From a virus, in the IMG/VR virus record IMGVR_UViG_3300024518_000034, positions 1-64,000 of that record: DNA of 64,000 bases. The stretch is one strand, 5' to 3'. Positions within the stretch are counted from its first letter, which is position 1. Each line of letters starts with the position of its first letter. The translations under genes and the position numbers were made by a program. The notes below the pieces were generated by a model that saw only the letters and a list, made by a program, of their open reading frames with translations, made no database searches and was not told the origin of the DNA. This document shows, piece after piece, positions 45,601 to 55,982 of the stretch.

Positions 45601-48087
45601 AATGGTTTTTCAGACAACGATAAAAAACCAGGAAAACCCGTTAGAGCAGGAAGAATAAAACCAATAGTAGACGCGGGCGGAAATGTAACTTTTGTAATAG
45701 TGAGCAATGAGAGAAAATTGGGAGAAATAGTAGGTGAAAAAAGAGCAGATGGTACAATAGTAGGTGGAATAGTAGGGGAAGTGGGAGTTAAAAAGGCAGT
45801 CTATGAAGCAATTAATGGTAAAGGAACCTTGCATGAAAGTTGGTCAACTATAGAAGGTATGCATCACATTGGTTATGGTTTAGATCAGGCTAGTTTTGTA
45901 AAAGGCGATTCGGCAAATGATCAATTTTGGGCAGATGCAGAACAGACGCTTAGGGATTTGGATGCGGGAAATGCAACAGAAACAACTGCAACGGTAATTA
46001 ATTCGAATGCTGCAGGATTAATAACAAGTAGTAATGCTAACTATCCATTGGATCCGATTCCAAGTGAAGAGGAAATATTGTATAGTTTAAATAAGGACGA
46101 TGGAGTTATAAAATATACAGATGGTACGCCAGTTATGGCAAAAATATTGCTTACTAATTGGGTCGCCCCAGAGTTTTCAACAAAAACGGGAATATGTAGG
46201 GCTTTTAGTCATGCATTTGTTGGGTCGGAAATGAATGTAGATTACAGTGGGGCAGAACCGTCATTTGTCTATAGTACTGGCTTTGACGCAGGACCGCTTG
46301 GAACCGGAATGATAATAACATGTTCAGCGGCACTACAGGGCGATGTTCCAATGAGTGTGGGAGCCGGTGTTACCCCAGGAAATACGGACTTGACTGGAAC
46401 AATTACGGAAGAAGAGAAGAGTGTATTGCCAGAAGGAGTTTTGTGGGTAGGGGATGACATTATAAGGGAAAGTCAGTTTGGAGGAATGTTTAGATTTTTT
46501 GACCCATCGGCTGCTAGCTTATTGTTGACTGAAATAGATTTAAATATGTCAGCTATAGGATATAAGGACACAAGTGCGAATATTGAAAATGCTGCCAAAA
46601 TTAGAAAAATAATGCAAGAGTATTTAAACAACGCTGTAGAACTGTTTAAAAACATGCTTAATTTCTATTTTAGAATGGTAGTACTTGATTGGTGGGATAA
46701 TCAAACAATACCGATTGGAACACAAGAATTGGTAGCTACAACTAGTTTGGCAGCAAAGTGGTTCAGAGACGATGTAGAGGTAGTGCCAGTGGGAGTGTCA
46801 ATTATAGGAGATATTTATAGAAAAGCTATTATACCGCCATCCTATAGGCAGTTTTTTAACACGATAGATGATTTGAGATTTTGGATAGATTTAACAACTG
46901 GCAAACCTGTAAATCAAGGATTTAAGACAGAACTGATACCGCAGACCGAAATGATTGTTTTTTCTGAATTGCCAGGAAGTAGCTTGCTTGGTAATACTGA
47001 TATAAACGGAAAAATTACAGATATGTATAGCAATGTGAATAGAAACTATTCACAAACTAAAGTTCATAATAGGATAGGTGCAATTTTAGTTGAGGTAGGT
47101 GCCGCTGATATGGTGGTAAAGGATATGCATATAGATCACGTTCCGGTAGGAGATGGAAGTATACTGCCGACGAGAATTGGTTTGGAGGAAGGTTTTGATA
47201 TCATCAATACCGCACTCAAGACTTCAATTTCTAGAATCGCACATTTGGAACAAAAGCCTAATGGCGTGTTTTTGGCAACAGTAGAGGAAGTGCTTAGTGA
47301 TGGAAAATTAAGCTGTTCGATAGATAATACAGACGTAGTATTTTTAGACGTAGTGGCGAATGATACTTCAGACTTCAAAGAGGGCGACAAAGTTTGGATT
47401 GTTAGAGCGATGAATGATGATAAATATGTGGCTTACAAGGAGCCACAAGCAGAATCACCAGCAGAATATGTAAGCACCACTGGAATCGTTCCACCTAGAG
47501 TGGATACGCCAGATGGAACGTATCCAGTTGAAATAGTTGCAGGAGATGTAGACAATAATCAACAGGAGTTTAACTTAAAGATCTTAAACTGCTTAAATGG
47601 ACTAATTGCTGCTGTAGTTGCTGAGAAGCAAGTGTTTAGTCCGAGATTTGGAGTAGTTTCAACAGTTCAACCAAACAATACTGCAAACAATGCAGTGTCT
47701 ATAGAAGAAGGATCATTTTTAGGAACGAACAGATTTAGAGCAACAACTACTAGACCGACACTTCAAAATGTATCAATAGTGTTGGAAGTGGTATTGCCAG
47801 ACAGATTTAGAGGGTGGGATCCGACAACTCCGATGCAAGTTTTAAATGTGTCAACTGGAGTAGCCTTTATACAAGTTAGAGTAACAGATTGTAATGGAGT
47901 GGTAGATGTGGGAGCGCATAATTTAGCAAATGCATCATTAACTGATAGTGTTCTTGGTGGCGTAGGAGAACCTACAGAGTTTACAGGGACTTATGTAAAA
48001 AATGGTTTTGTAAGAATAGATTTTACATTTTTTGTAGTGTCAGGCGACACGGCAGATTTAGGAAGAGTAGAACTTAACTACTTATAG
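42667..48087 (+). CDS. Very large tail/baseplate-associated protein (1806 aa)
   Basis: Follows the tape measure gene; Gly/Ser linker; C-terminal domain resembles those of 51538 and 53158. Confidence 0.75.
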   Translation: MGNTAAAGSVETVNANVSGRSVEPPTKTPPTEGPPTEETTRFLCGDQRGQIKWSVSSSQRSQVFLDNTVEHSIIYTDMVSETIPEFTLTDSDKESVAKIKALTASPETPVAIFRYNRTHTSGAFDSDFSIPIFIRKKSKITGKVEYEPLTDVYSPEISYNKFDDELILSFWQNIDPSAGVTISSIEGYGNDETKDCSNKVASTGSVSTVENKSGSVSSVYKNKNKDIQRALMHTQGSPVAVAFIDGKGLPYDIVYIFNEPAEVMRKKGPINDINLNVAVTLIADNEDCVNRPDRSSVNNSTWVYDGDHCKYGDLDDLFKVDTWCGSKSTRGSIEITNGTQGRQKRQFVLRSTASNLESEGEYWVETKYVDDPSTPGRKIQVSVRVSAAEVAAAKALEAENSNLIRGGKKFDKINNEGGADSSDSRLFIWINENKNYSPQETIKGGLVFRRSKDVTQKIVGHNITSDLKGFNRFVKGYQNGTQNIGAVIMGDTGFENTGTTNGSVTPTGTPKPSLDEIKCGMFRDVLHIADDDHLEVRTSSHFIYQDRQQGLPAENLSGPVVFFPVERFNLCNEFSGALTGVSTVGGSTTGTFTKKCEPYSGFFFFKKFPFDDKDPTKSNKCKNNMVTNVDGTREWEVPGVWHITTDVPVFNWTFEPPPPHRGVTRVGSFSGGGSAGSSGSSGSSAGGSGGSGGGPAGGAGGAGGAAASFIVPHKFGQVNASIVESYNSRHIGTGDNPTAIDAYEPSPNLDLSDDTNIQYGGDVAGLSVGMVIAISRRLNDPNTSPKAKAKLLALLNDAKEKRPKKPAKIKKSPNGKGVGTDKKLNPSQIANKVALHKMIYDVTPGAAIAMANAANTIRDIQYKFPKGKLPDQEITDYNSDGEITGVRVNSEFGFNQDGEIVEIKSGKINVEDKDFDKTLEEVQENAKSTYLEKLVQFPTGRKHGPGAFEGQPEYEGVNVYVDKDGNYLDKKTLKPVNKNGFSDNDKKPGKPVRAGRIKPIVDAGGNVTFVIVSNERKLGEIVGEKRADGTIVGGIVGEVGVKKAVYEAINGKGTLHESWSTIEGMHHIGYGLDQASFVKGDSANDQFWADAEQTLRDLDAGNATETTATVINSNAAGLITSSNANYPLDPIPSEEEILYSLNKDDGVIKYTDGTPVMAKILLTNWVAPEFSTKTGICRAFSHAFVGSEMNVDYSGAEPSFVYSTGFDAGPLGTGMIITCSAALQGDVPMSVGAGVTPGNTDLTGTITEEEKSVLPEGVLWVGDDIIRESQFGGMFRFFDPSAASLLLTEIDLNMSAIGYKDTSANIENAAKIRKIMQEYLNNAVELFKNMLNFYFRMVVLDWWDNQTIPIGTQELVATTSLAAKWFRDDVEVVPVGVSIIGDIYRKAIIPPSYRQFFNTIDDLRFWIDLTTGKPVNQGFKTELIPQTEMIVFSELPGSSLLGNTDINGKITDMYSNVNRNYSQTKVHNRIGAILVEVGAADMVVKDMHIDHVPVGDGSILPTRIGLEEGFDIINTALKTSISRIAHLEQKPNGVFLATVEEVLSDGKLSCSIDNTDVVFLDVVANDTSDFKEGDKVWIVRAMNDDKYVAYKEPQAESPAEYVSTTGIVPPRVDTPDGTYPVEIVAGDVDNNQQEFNLKILNCLNGLIAAVVAEKQVFSPRFGVVSTVQPNNTANNAVSIEEGSFLGTNRFRATTTRPTLQNVSIVLEVVLPDRFRGWDPTTPMQVLNVSTGVAFIQVRVTDCNGVVDVGAHNLANASLTDSVLGGVGEPTEFTGTYVKNGFVRIDFTFFVVSGDTADLGRVELNYL

Positions 48088-48099
48088 GAAAGAATAAAA

Positions 48100-51000
48100 A
48101 TGACCGACAAATTATTAAGAAAAATACCAGCAGTAGATGTAAAATTAGATGATTCTATGTGTGTGCCGATACATCACTCATACAACTCTAAAGATTTTAT
48201 GCCAAGAGTGTTTGGTAGAGAGCAAACTTTGACAACTCATTCGTCAGAATATCAAAAAGGAGTTGATAATTATGATTCGCCTAGCTCTAAGAAAAACTCA
48301 GAGCGGCCAGCGCCAAAATATCTAATACAAGGAGTAGAGGAAATTACTACTCCAATAGCGATCACTGGAACGGGATCAAGTAAAGTAAAAAAAAGAACAG
48401 GATCGGTGTCATCCTTCTCAACTACTGGAGGTAAGTCTTCTGCGTTACCTTCTTTAATATTATTACATAATGCTATGATATTGAGACCTAAAAGATTTAA
48501 AATGAGAAACGCGATGACGGTGGGAGGCGTGGTGTTAAGTGGAGGGAGTAAAACAGCAGCTTTCGATGCAGGTATAGCAGGTGTGCCCCTCCAAGGGTCA
48601 TATACTACTGATACATTGGCTGACAATAAGTCAATATATGAATACATCGTTGCAGGATTTGAAGATAAAACATCTAAAACATCTGGCACGGAAATTTTTA
48701 TAGAACAAAATAAACGCAATAGGACTGAAAGTTGGATCGTCAAGAATAAATTGCCAGGGAAGCCAGGAAGCGTTAAAGGGGCTGATCTCATGAGAGATCT
48801 AACATCTGTATTTAAATTAAGAAAAAATCAGCCATTTTTTATAAAGTGCAGACTTCATAGAATGCCAGAAAAGTTTAGAGCATTTGCTAGAAGTAGCCCT
48901 GAGTGGAAGAAGAATACACAATATTCTGCTTTTCTTCCAGACGATGGAGGAGAATACACGTCTTTACTTTTAGAATTTGGTACAAAAGAAGGTGGAGCGG
49001 CAGGAAGTACTCTGCAAGACGGAAGTGATTCGTTTAAATTAGTTATAAAAGGTGGAGGATCGACAAGTTTAGCTCTATTTAAGTGGGCAGCCGCAGATGG
49101 CTGGAAACAATATGGGCAAGTAATGTCCCTCCCTATGGAATCAGGAAAAAAAGAAAGCCATGAAAGTGATATTTCAAATCTTACAATATACCCTATGGGA
49201 AGATTTTTAATAGTGTCGTCTGGATTGCCAAGCACTGAAAACACTATGAAACAGAGATACGTTGTTTGGGAATTTGACAGATTAATAAGTATACCGGAAG
49301 GTAAATTAAAAGTAGGTTTTTATGGAGGAAAAGCAGAGTTTTCTTTCAATCCAATTATCCACGTAAAGGAAGGAAAGCTTATTTCTCCACCAGTTGGAAT
49401 AGGATTTGATCCAGAATTCTTTTTTATGAAGGTTGACTATGAGGGAAAGTTTAGAAGTGATTACGTTGGAGAAAAAAATTCTACATCTAAAATAAAACTT
49501 CCAATACCGACGCCCGAAGACATTGCAGGCGCAGCACAAAGTAAAGATAAAAAAAAGGGAGATAGTGGGTCAGCTAAAACAAAGAAGACACCATATTTTC
49601 AATACTTAAAAGACTTTGTATTTTTAGAAAAACAATTTTTAACAGAAAAGGGCGGTGCAGACGCTGACGAAAAAAAGTTCTTTAAAAACAATCAAAACAA
49701 AAGTAAAAAAAATCAAATTAAGTACGTATTGACTTTAAAATCTCACGATACTGAGGTTAGAAGAATATATTCACCAATAGTATATAAGGTAGAAATGCAT
49801 TGTTTACCTAGAGTGGCTGTAGTTAAGTTGAGCCCAAATCCACAAATTGATAATGCTGATGTTAAGTTGATTGAAATAAGCCAGGGAGTACAGGAAATAT
49901 CAGCAAGCGTTACTTTGTGGAATAGATTTGATTGTGAAAAATCTAGAAAAGAAAAAAGTGGACCTTATACTTTTGGATTACAAAAACCAAAAGGGAATTT
50001 TACTGGAGTAAAGCCGATAACTATTAGAGGAGGAATAAGTAGTGGAAATAGAAAACCAGGTGCAGGTAATGCACCGCCAGGATTAGGAAACGTAGATCTT
50101 GGAGAGATACCTGATAAAAGTCAGCCTATACAGATGAGAGGATTTATATCTCAAAGAAACTATTCTAGACCATCTAGCGCTGAAAGTTATTGTGAATTGA
50201 CCATAGAGGACGTATCTAAACAAGCAAAAGAACAGTTTGCTGTGAATCTACCTATTTATGATGGGTGGTGCAACTTGGCTGTCATTTATAGTTTAGCTAA
50301 GGAGGCAGGATACAAAGATGATCAAATATTGTTTTATCAAGATCCTAGAAATGAAAATGATAAGATAACTATAAAAGAAATGATGGAGGCGGCAGGGACG
50401 GACGTTGACGGAAGGAAAAATGGATGCTTCGCTGGACACGTTCCTAAGTTTCCTCAAAATATAGGACCAGCACAAAGAGTTAGTAGTTTGCCACCATCAA
50501 CTGTTCATGCATTAATGCCGTTAAATGCTTATAGAGAGCAGCCAGCATACATGTTTCAAATGGGAAGAAGTTTATGGGAATGTATGCAAGAAATTAGAGA
50601 ATTTACAGGATTCTTTATGTTTCCAAACATATTTGGAAACATAGTCTATGCACCTGCAGAGGTAGCATTGGGAGTTAAGAGTAAGAAGACGCCTAAGGCT
50701 CAGTGGAATTATTATGAAATATCTGGAGGATCACCAGGAGGGGCTACAGATTACAGTCAGTACCAGGGAGCTTTAAGTGTTCCATTTGGAACTGACCATG
50801 TAAGAAACGCTGTGATGACGTTTGCGTTGATACCGGCAAGTACAAAACCAAAGTTCCCTATGGTAGATTATGCACCAGTTGTAATTATTAAAAAGCAACC
50901 TAAGTGGCCTTTTAATACAAGCGATCCGTCATACGTGCCGTGGCTAAAGTGGTTAATAGTAAGATCTCCGCACTGGAACGATTTAGGAAGAGCAAAAGCA

Positions 51001-51291
51001 AACACGGAACAGAGATTTTTAAGAGGAATAATGCCAAGAACTACTCCATCGTTTGGATCTTGGGGACATGCTTTAGTATATCCATATGATATAATAAAAC
51101 TAGATGAAAGTGAGGCTGGAGAGACTGGAATTGATCAGACGAGTGTAATCGTGCAGTCAGTAACAAAAACTTTTGACGCAGAACGAAAATCATTTGGAAT
51201 GGAATTGGCTTGTGAATATGTTGATTTCACAAAATTTGAGTGGAGTCCTCACGAGAATCAAGCGGGACCAGTACACTGGATACAAAGATAG
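48100..51291 (+). CDS. Tail tip / baseplate hub protein (1063 aa)
   Basis: C-terminal hub-like pattern (SLWECMQEIREFTGFFMFPNIFGNIVY...; final beta-barrel); position. Confidence 0.65.
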   Translation: MTDKLLRKIPAVDVKLDDSMCVPIHHSYNSKDFMPRVFGREQTLTTHSSEYQKGVDNYDSPSSKKNSERPAPKYLIQGVEEITTPIAITGTGSSKVKKRTGSVSSFSTTGGKSSALPSLILLHNAMILRPKRFKMRNAMTVGGVVLSGGSKTAAFDAGIAGVPLQGSYTTDTLADNKSIYEYIVAGFEDKTSKTSGTEIFIEQNKRNRTESWIVKNKLPGKPGSVKGADLMRDLTSVFKLRKNQPFFIKCRLHRMPEKFRAFARSSPEWKKNTQYSAFLPDDGGEYTSLLLEFGTKEGGAAGSTLQDGSDSFKLVIKGGGSTSLALFKWAAADGWKQYGQVMSLPMESGKKESHESDISNLTIYPMGRFLIVSSGLPSTENTMKQRYVVWEFDRLISIPEGKLKVGFYGGKAEFSFNPIIHVKEGKLISPPVGIGFDPEFFFMKVDYEGKFRSDYVGEKNSTSKIKLPIPTPEDIAGAAQSKDKKKGDSGSAKTKKTPYFQYLKDFVFLEKQFLTEKGGADADEKKFFKNNQNKSKKNQIKYVLTLKSHDTEVRRIYSPIVYKVEMHCLPRVAVVKLSPNPQIDNADVKLIEISQGVQEISASVTLWNRFDCEKSRKEKSGPYTFGLQKPKGNFTGVKPITIRGGISSGNRKPGAGNAPPGLGNVDLGEIPDKSQPIQMRGFISQRNYSRPSSAESYCELTIEDVSKQAKEQFAVNLPIYDGWCNLAVIYSLAKEAGYKDDQILFYQDPRNENDKITIKEMMEAAGTDVDGRKNGCFAGHVPKFPQNIGPAQRVSSLPPSTVHALMPLNAYREQPAYMFQMGRSLWECMQEIREFTGFFMFPNIFGNIVYAPAEVALGVKSKKTPKAQWNYYEISGGSPGGATDYSQYQGALSVPFGTDHVRNAVMTFALIPASTKPKFPMVDYAPVVIIKKQPKWPFNTSDPSYVPWLKWLIVRSPHWNDLGRAKANTEQRFLRGIMPRTTPSFGSWGHALVYPYDIIKLDESEAGETGIDQTSVIVQSVTKTFDAERKSFGMELACEYVDFTKFEWSPHENQAGPVHWIQR

Positions 51292-51307
51292 AAATTGGAG
51301 AAAAACA

Positions 51308-51523
51308 ATGTTTGAAAATACAAGTGCTAGCGAGCCATATTTTGCACAAATTAGAAAACTTATTTCTAAAATTATAACTGGATCTGACAAAAGTAGATTC
51401 GCTACTACGCAGGAAAGAAATGGAGCGTGGATGGTGCCAGGCGCAGTTATGGAAAACGTTATTGTAAATGGTAGCGAAGGAGGAACCTCTTTTCAAGAGG
51501 GCGCTGGCCAAGCAGGGCCATAA
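51308..51523 (+). CDS. Small tail protein (71 aa)
   Basis: GGAG SD, ATG 51308. Confidence 0.55.
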   Translation: MFENTSASEPYFAQIRKLISKIITGSDKSRFATTQERNGAWMVPGAVMENVIVNGSEGGTSFQEGAGQAGP

Positions 51524-51537
51524 AAGTAAGGTTATAA

Positions 51538-53154
51538 ATGGGATACGCAAATAGAACAGACTTTTACAAAATAGAATCAATTGGCGCTGGACAATTTGTT
51601 TCTGAATCTTCTGAAGAAAGATCAGCACAAATAATCGAACAGCAATTGATGGGAGCTATTTCTGCACACTCAGGAGGACATGGAGTGTTTAAATCTGGAG
51701 TGCTTTCAGCAATTGGAGATGCTACAGGATTCATTGTTTCACTTAATCCAGATGGTGGCACACCAGCCGCTGAAGGTTTTATAAACCTATTATATTTCAG
51801 AATAACTGAAACTATAAGTTGGGCATTATTTGGAGACGGAACTCACAAATTATATCTAAAAGTGATAGAGAGTGATGAAGGTTCTACTAGACAATTTGGA
51901 GATGTAATTGTTGATAGTATATTAAATGGAGATGTGCCAGAAAACGGATTGTTAATTGCAGAAGCAACTGTGGCTGGAAATACGATTACTGTAGATGACC
52001 AGCCGATAACTAGGTTAAATATATCTACAATAGATCAACACTTGGCTGATAGTGTCAATCCTCACACAACTCTTCTAAATCAAGACCAGATGATTATTTC
52101 TGGATTAACAGTTGAACAGATAAAGACTCAAACTCTAGAGGTGATAGGAGAGCTTAGATTGTCAGGAACGGCAATATTTCAAGACGATGTTATCTTAGAG
52201 CAAGATTTAACAGTTGGGGGAAACGTAGTAGTAAGTGGAAATGCAATATTTAATGATGGCGCGAGATTTACAGGGTTAGCAATTTTTGATGAGATTGTTG
52301 CGGCAACAGTCGATATTACTAGCGGATTGGATCTAAGAAGTAGAATTAGATTTTTCGAAGATGTGGAAGTTGATTCTGGAATAACTATTGATGGTCGAGA
52401 TGTAGGACAAGATGGCTTAGTGCTAGACGATCATGTATCTGGATTGGCTGCATTTAGTAATCCGCACGCAGTAACGGCAGAACAGGTTGGCGGAATTCCG
52501 ATAATGGGAAGTGCTGGAGGAGGTCCAGCGCTGGAAGGAAGTTTAGGACTTTTGTCTGGAATATCGATTGACGGAATTGACCCGTCCACATTGACGCCTT
52601 TAATTGATGGGTCAAATGTAGACAGCTTGCACTCTCACAATATGTCGGGAATACCAAGTAAATTTATAGCGTTATCACCAGAATATGCAAACTCTGTGCT
52701 TTCAGGATTTGGGTCAGCCACAGTGACTGCAGGATATATAGAGGCGTTTGATAAATCAATCTATGTGGTTGATGCAACGGCAGCAGGCCAACAAGTGTTT
52801 GCGGTGGTAGCAAGAATTGGAGTACCAGCAGATTTTAGAAGTTGGCCCCTTTCTGGAATATCTTTAGTTAGTTCAGTGGAATCACCAGCAACTGCGGGAA
52901 ATTTTGTAAGCTTAAGAATTAGAGATACTGCGGGTGTAAATTTTGACACTTTGACAAATTCACAACAGATACAAAATCCCTTGCCACCAGTGGCTACATC
53001 AATTAACACAAGTACGTTAAATTCAGGAACATTTACTCCAGGTGAGGTGTTCACGGCGATTGTAGAATTGTCATCGGTGAGTGGAACTACAGTTGCAAAT
53101 GCTGCTGTCGGGGATTTGGTTTTTACATATAATACAATTTTTGGTGGCGCATAA
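51538..53154 (+). CDS. Tail fibre/baseplate-associated protein, paralog 1 (beta-helix-like repeats, DxxNPH motifs)
   Basis: HLADSVNPH, NPHAVTAEQVG; ISIDGIDPSTL.PLIDGSN.D.LH.H. Confidence 0.7.
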   Translation: MGYANRTDFYKIESIGAGQFVSESSEERSAQIIEQQLMGAISAHSGGHGVFKSGVLSAIGDATGFIVSLNPDGGTPAAEGFINLLYFRITETISWALFGDGTHKLYLKVIESDEGSTRQFGDVIVDSILNGDVPENGLLIAEATVAGNTITVDDQPITRLNISTIDQHLADSVNPHTTLLNQDQMIISGLTVEQIKTQTLEVIGELRLSGTAIFQDDVILEQDLTVGGNVVVSGNAIFNDGARFTGLAIFDEIVAATVDITSGLDLRSRIRFFEDVEVDSGITIDGRDVGQDGLVLDDHVSGLAAFSNPHAVTAEQVGGIPIMGSAGGGPALEGSLGLLSGISIDGIDPSTLTPLIDGSNVDSLHSHNMSGIPSKFIALSPEYANSVLSGFGSATVTAGYIEAFDKSIYVVDATAAGQQVFAVVARIGVPADFRSWPLSGISLVSSVESPATAGNFVSLRIRDTAGVNFDTLTNSQQIQNPLPPVATSINTSTLNSGTFTPGEVFTAIVELSSVSGTTVANAAVGDLVFTYNTIFGGA

Positions 53155-53157
53155 TAA

Positions 53158-54852
53158 ATGGCAACAAGTGGAACACCTATAATATCTCACACTAAAAGAC
53201 CAGTACCACAGTGTACTAGTTATTTAGCAAAGACGGCTAAGTATGACTTGCCTATATTGAGTGGGCTAGGAGTAGAAAATGGCCCAGCCGGTTTGTCAGA
53301 AATATGTGAAAGAAGATTTGCTGACATAGTTGATAACCAACTTAGGGGGGCTATTGGTACGCACGGTGAGGGAATTTATGAAATAGGAGAATTCTCAACA
53401 GATGATTCTGTCGAAGAAGTAAGACTTTCTGAATTTAGAGGCTTTGTTGGTCGAGTATTTGTAGAAAATCTGGCCGAAGTGGATGTTGTTTGGACGGATC
53501 TAGATTTAACAAAAGATCAATATTTGTTTATAGGTTTAGTAGAAACAGGAGATAGTGGAAGAGATGACTACCTGTCTAGCAGGCAATTTGGTGAATTTGT
53601 AACTAGAGTTGGAGACACTTCTGTAGTAGGACAAGACGAAGTTATATTGGGAAAGAGATCGTCAGGAGTGGGAGCGACAGTTGATGTAAATGTTCCAAAT
53701 AAGGTAGAGTTTAAGACAGTTCAAACTCACATTTATGATGATAGCCCACATGGAGGATTGTGGACTCAAACAGACGCTGTAGTAAGTGGAATTGAAGTTA
53801 GAGAAGAATTAGATATAATAGATATAGGGACTGTAATTATATCTGGAGTGTTTGACAATGTAGATAGACCGCCTGGAACATTTATTACTAATGACGATGT
53901 GATAGTGGAAAATGACTTAACGGCAGAAAAGATTTTGATGGACTCTGATGCCATTTTTGAAAGTTTATCTCAATTTGAAGAGAGATTTTTCATAGAAGAA
54001 AACATCATAGTAGAAAGTGGAGTCAATGTATTTAGTATAACTAGAGTACATGATCATTGGGAGTTTAATGATCAAAGGTCTATGTCTGGTGTAGGAATCA
54101 GATCTATTAGCGGAGATGCTTTTGGGGTGTTAAGAGGTAATGGAGAGGAATATAAAGTTTTTGATCCTAGCGACTATGGGTCAAACCTTGACGACCACTT
54201 GAGTGCTATAAATCCACATAGGTTAACAGCTAGTGGTGTAGCACCATTTGCAGTTAGTCCAAATGTGTTGTCTATTTTTGGTGATACTTTACAAGGAAAT
54301 TTAGAAGTTGATTCGGGAATATCAATTGATGGAATTGATTTTTCAACCTTAAAACCATTAATCAATGGTTCGAATGCAGACGACCTTCATAAACACTTAT
54401 TATTGAGAGATTTTGAATATCAATTCTTGTCTCCAGAATATCCAAACTCAACTACATCAGGCGTTCAGCCAGGTTGGTTGGAAGCAACTTATGATGCAGT
54501 AAACAATAAAACGCAGCAATCGTGGTTTGCTTTGCAAGACTTGGCTAAATCTAAAATCATTATTAGGCCATACGTGCCAATGGGGCATGTAGAGATAAGT
54601 AATGTAACCGCTTATAGTAGAGTGTCTAGTGGTGCAAGTGATACAAATGTAAACATTAAGGTTTATGACACGGACGGTGATAAAGTGGGAGAAGCACATC
54701 ACGTTAGAAACTTTGTACTAGATAAGACAGTAATTAGCGGAATACAGGGGACTTTTGCAGAAAAGGAACCATATAGAATTGAAGTGGAAATGTTAAGCGA
54801 GTTAGGCATTGGCGCACACGTATCTGATATAATAGTAACATGGAGAACATAA
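53158..54852 (+). CDS. Tail fibre/baseplate-associated protein, paralog 2
   Basis: HLSAINPH; ISIDGIDFSTL.PLINGSN.D.LH.H; LSPEY.NS shared with paralog 1. Confidence 0.7.
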   Translation: MATSGTPIISHTKRPVPQCTSYLAKTAKYDLPILSGLGVENGPAGLSEICERRFADIVDNQLRGAIGTHGEGIYEIGEFSTDDSVEEVRLSEFRGFVGRVFVENLAEVDVVWTDLDLTKDQYLFIGLVETGDSGRDDYLSSRQFGEFVTRVGDTSVVGQDEVILGKRSSGVGATVDVNVPNKVEFKTVQTHIYDDSPHGGLWTQTDAVVSGIEVREELDIIDIGTVIISGVFDNVDRPPGTFITNDDVIVENDLTAEKILMDSDAIFESLSQFEERFFIEENIIVESGVNVFSITRVHDHWEFNDQRSMSGVGIRSISGDAFGVLRGNGEEYKVFDPSDYGSNLDDHLSAINPHRLTASGVAPFAVSPNVLSIFGDTLQGNLEVDSGISIDGIDFSTLKPLINGSNADDLHKHLLLRDFEYQFLSPEYPNSTTSGVQPGWLEATYDAVNNKTQQSWFALQDLAKSKIIIRPYVPMGHVEISNVTAYSRVSSGASDTNVNIKVYDTDGDKVGEAHHVRNFVLDKTVISGIQGTFAEKEPYRIEVEMLSELGIGAHVSDIIVTWRT

Positions 54853-55938
54853 ATGGCATCATCATTTAGTAACGCTATAAATTTTGAACACGTTGGAGAA
54901 GATTTCAAAAAACAAAATTTGGGTTGTAGTGAAGTAGAATTTAACGATTCGAACAATGCGATATTGGGATTTTTAAAAGACTTAAATGGGTTAATTATTA
55001 ATAATAGATTTCCGTTAGAAGGATCTATCGAAAGCGTTCCGCTATTTATAAATTCACTTTCTTTTCCTACACAGTTGCCAGACTCATTTGTAGAGAGCGT
55101 TTTGGATGCGGGAACAAATGTCGCTATAGAATTCAGAACGGCTGAACAAGAAGACATGAGTGACGCCACAGAGTGGAAGTCTACTTCGGTGGATGGAGCG
55201 ATCAGCAATACAGAAAGTTTTGCATTTGGAGATTACACAGGACCAACTTCATCAGAGTCAAGTTCCTTAATCGTTACTACCATACAAGAAGGAGGATCGA
55301 CTATTGGAATTAATATGGTTGGAACAATACCAAATGTATCTGAGGAGTTTGTATATTTTGTATCTGAAGAAATAGTGTCTTCGTCGCTGACAACGCAAGC
55401 GAAATATTTATCGTTCGAAGTAGAATCTGATAGGGCTGGAATGTTCTTAGAACTACACGTAATGCATGGGTTGGCGTACCCAATTGAAGAGCCGTTTAAC
55501 GCAGCTTTGCCGCCATTTAAATTAGTGACAAAGATATGTAAGATAGGTACGCCGCAAACAATTTACTGGGATATAACTGATTGGCCTGAGGGGCAAAGAA
55601 ATTGGGATTACATTAGAACTTTGGCGTTTAAAGTAAGTGAGGCGAGTGAGGGTTTCAATTTGTCAATAAAGAATATTAGACTTTTTGAAATAAATGATTC
55701 GGCGGTGCCAGCACCAGGACCAGCAGTTCCTCCGATGGAGCTTTCAAGGTTCGTTCAATACAGGGTGGTTTTTTCAACCACGACAGCAGGAATTACACCA
55801 GAAGTTAAAAAGGTTAAGTTTGATTTCACACACAGAGAGGCTATGTTGCCGTCAGACATGATGAGACATCAAAAGTTTTTTGGACCGGGTGGACTAGAGT
55901 ATCCGGCAAGGAATGGTCTGGATATAGTTTTCCCTTGA
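54853..55938 (+). CDS. Putative virion structural protein (beta-sandwich)
   Basis: End of the structural operon; beta-rich composition. Confidence 0.6.
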   Translation: MASSFSNAINFEHVGEDFKKQNLGCSEVEFNDSNNAILGFLKDLNGLIINNRFPLEGSIESVPLFINSLSFPTQLPDSFVESVLDAGTNVAIEFRTAEQEDMSDATEWKSTSVDGAISNTESFAFGDYTGPTSSESSSLIVTTIQEGGSTIGINMVGTIPNVSEEFVYFVSEEIVSSSLTTQAKYLSFEVESDRAGMFLELHVMHGLAYPIEEPFNAALPPFKLVTKICKIGTPQTIYWDITDWPEGQRNWDYIRTLAFKVSEASEGFNLSIKNIRLFEINDSAVPAPGPAVPPMELSRFVQYRVVFSTTTAGITPEVKKVKFDFTHREAMLPSDMMRHQKFFGPGGLEYPARNGLDIVFP

Positions 55939-55982
55939 TTTTAAGGAAATATGAAGTATAATAGAAAATAAGGAGAAGGACA

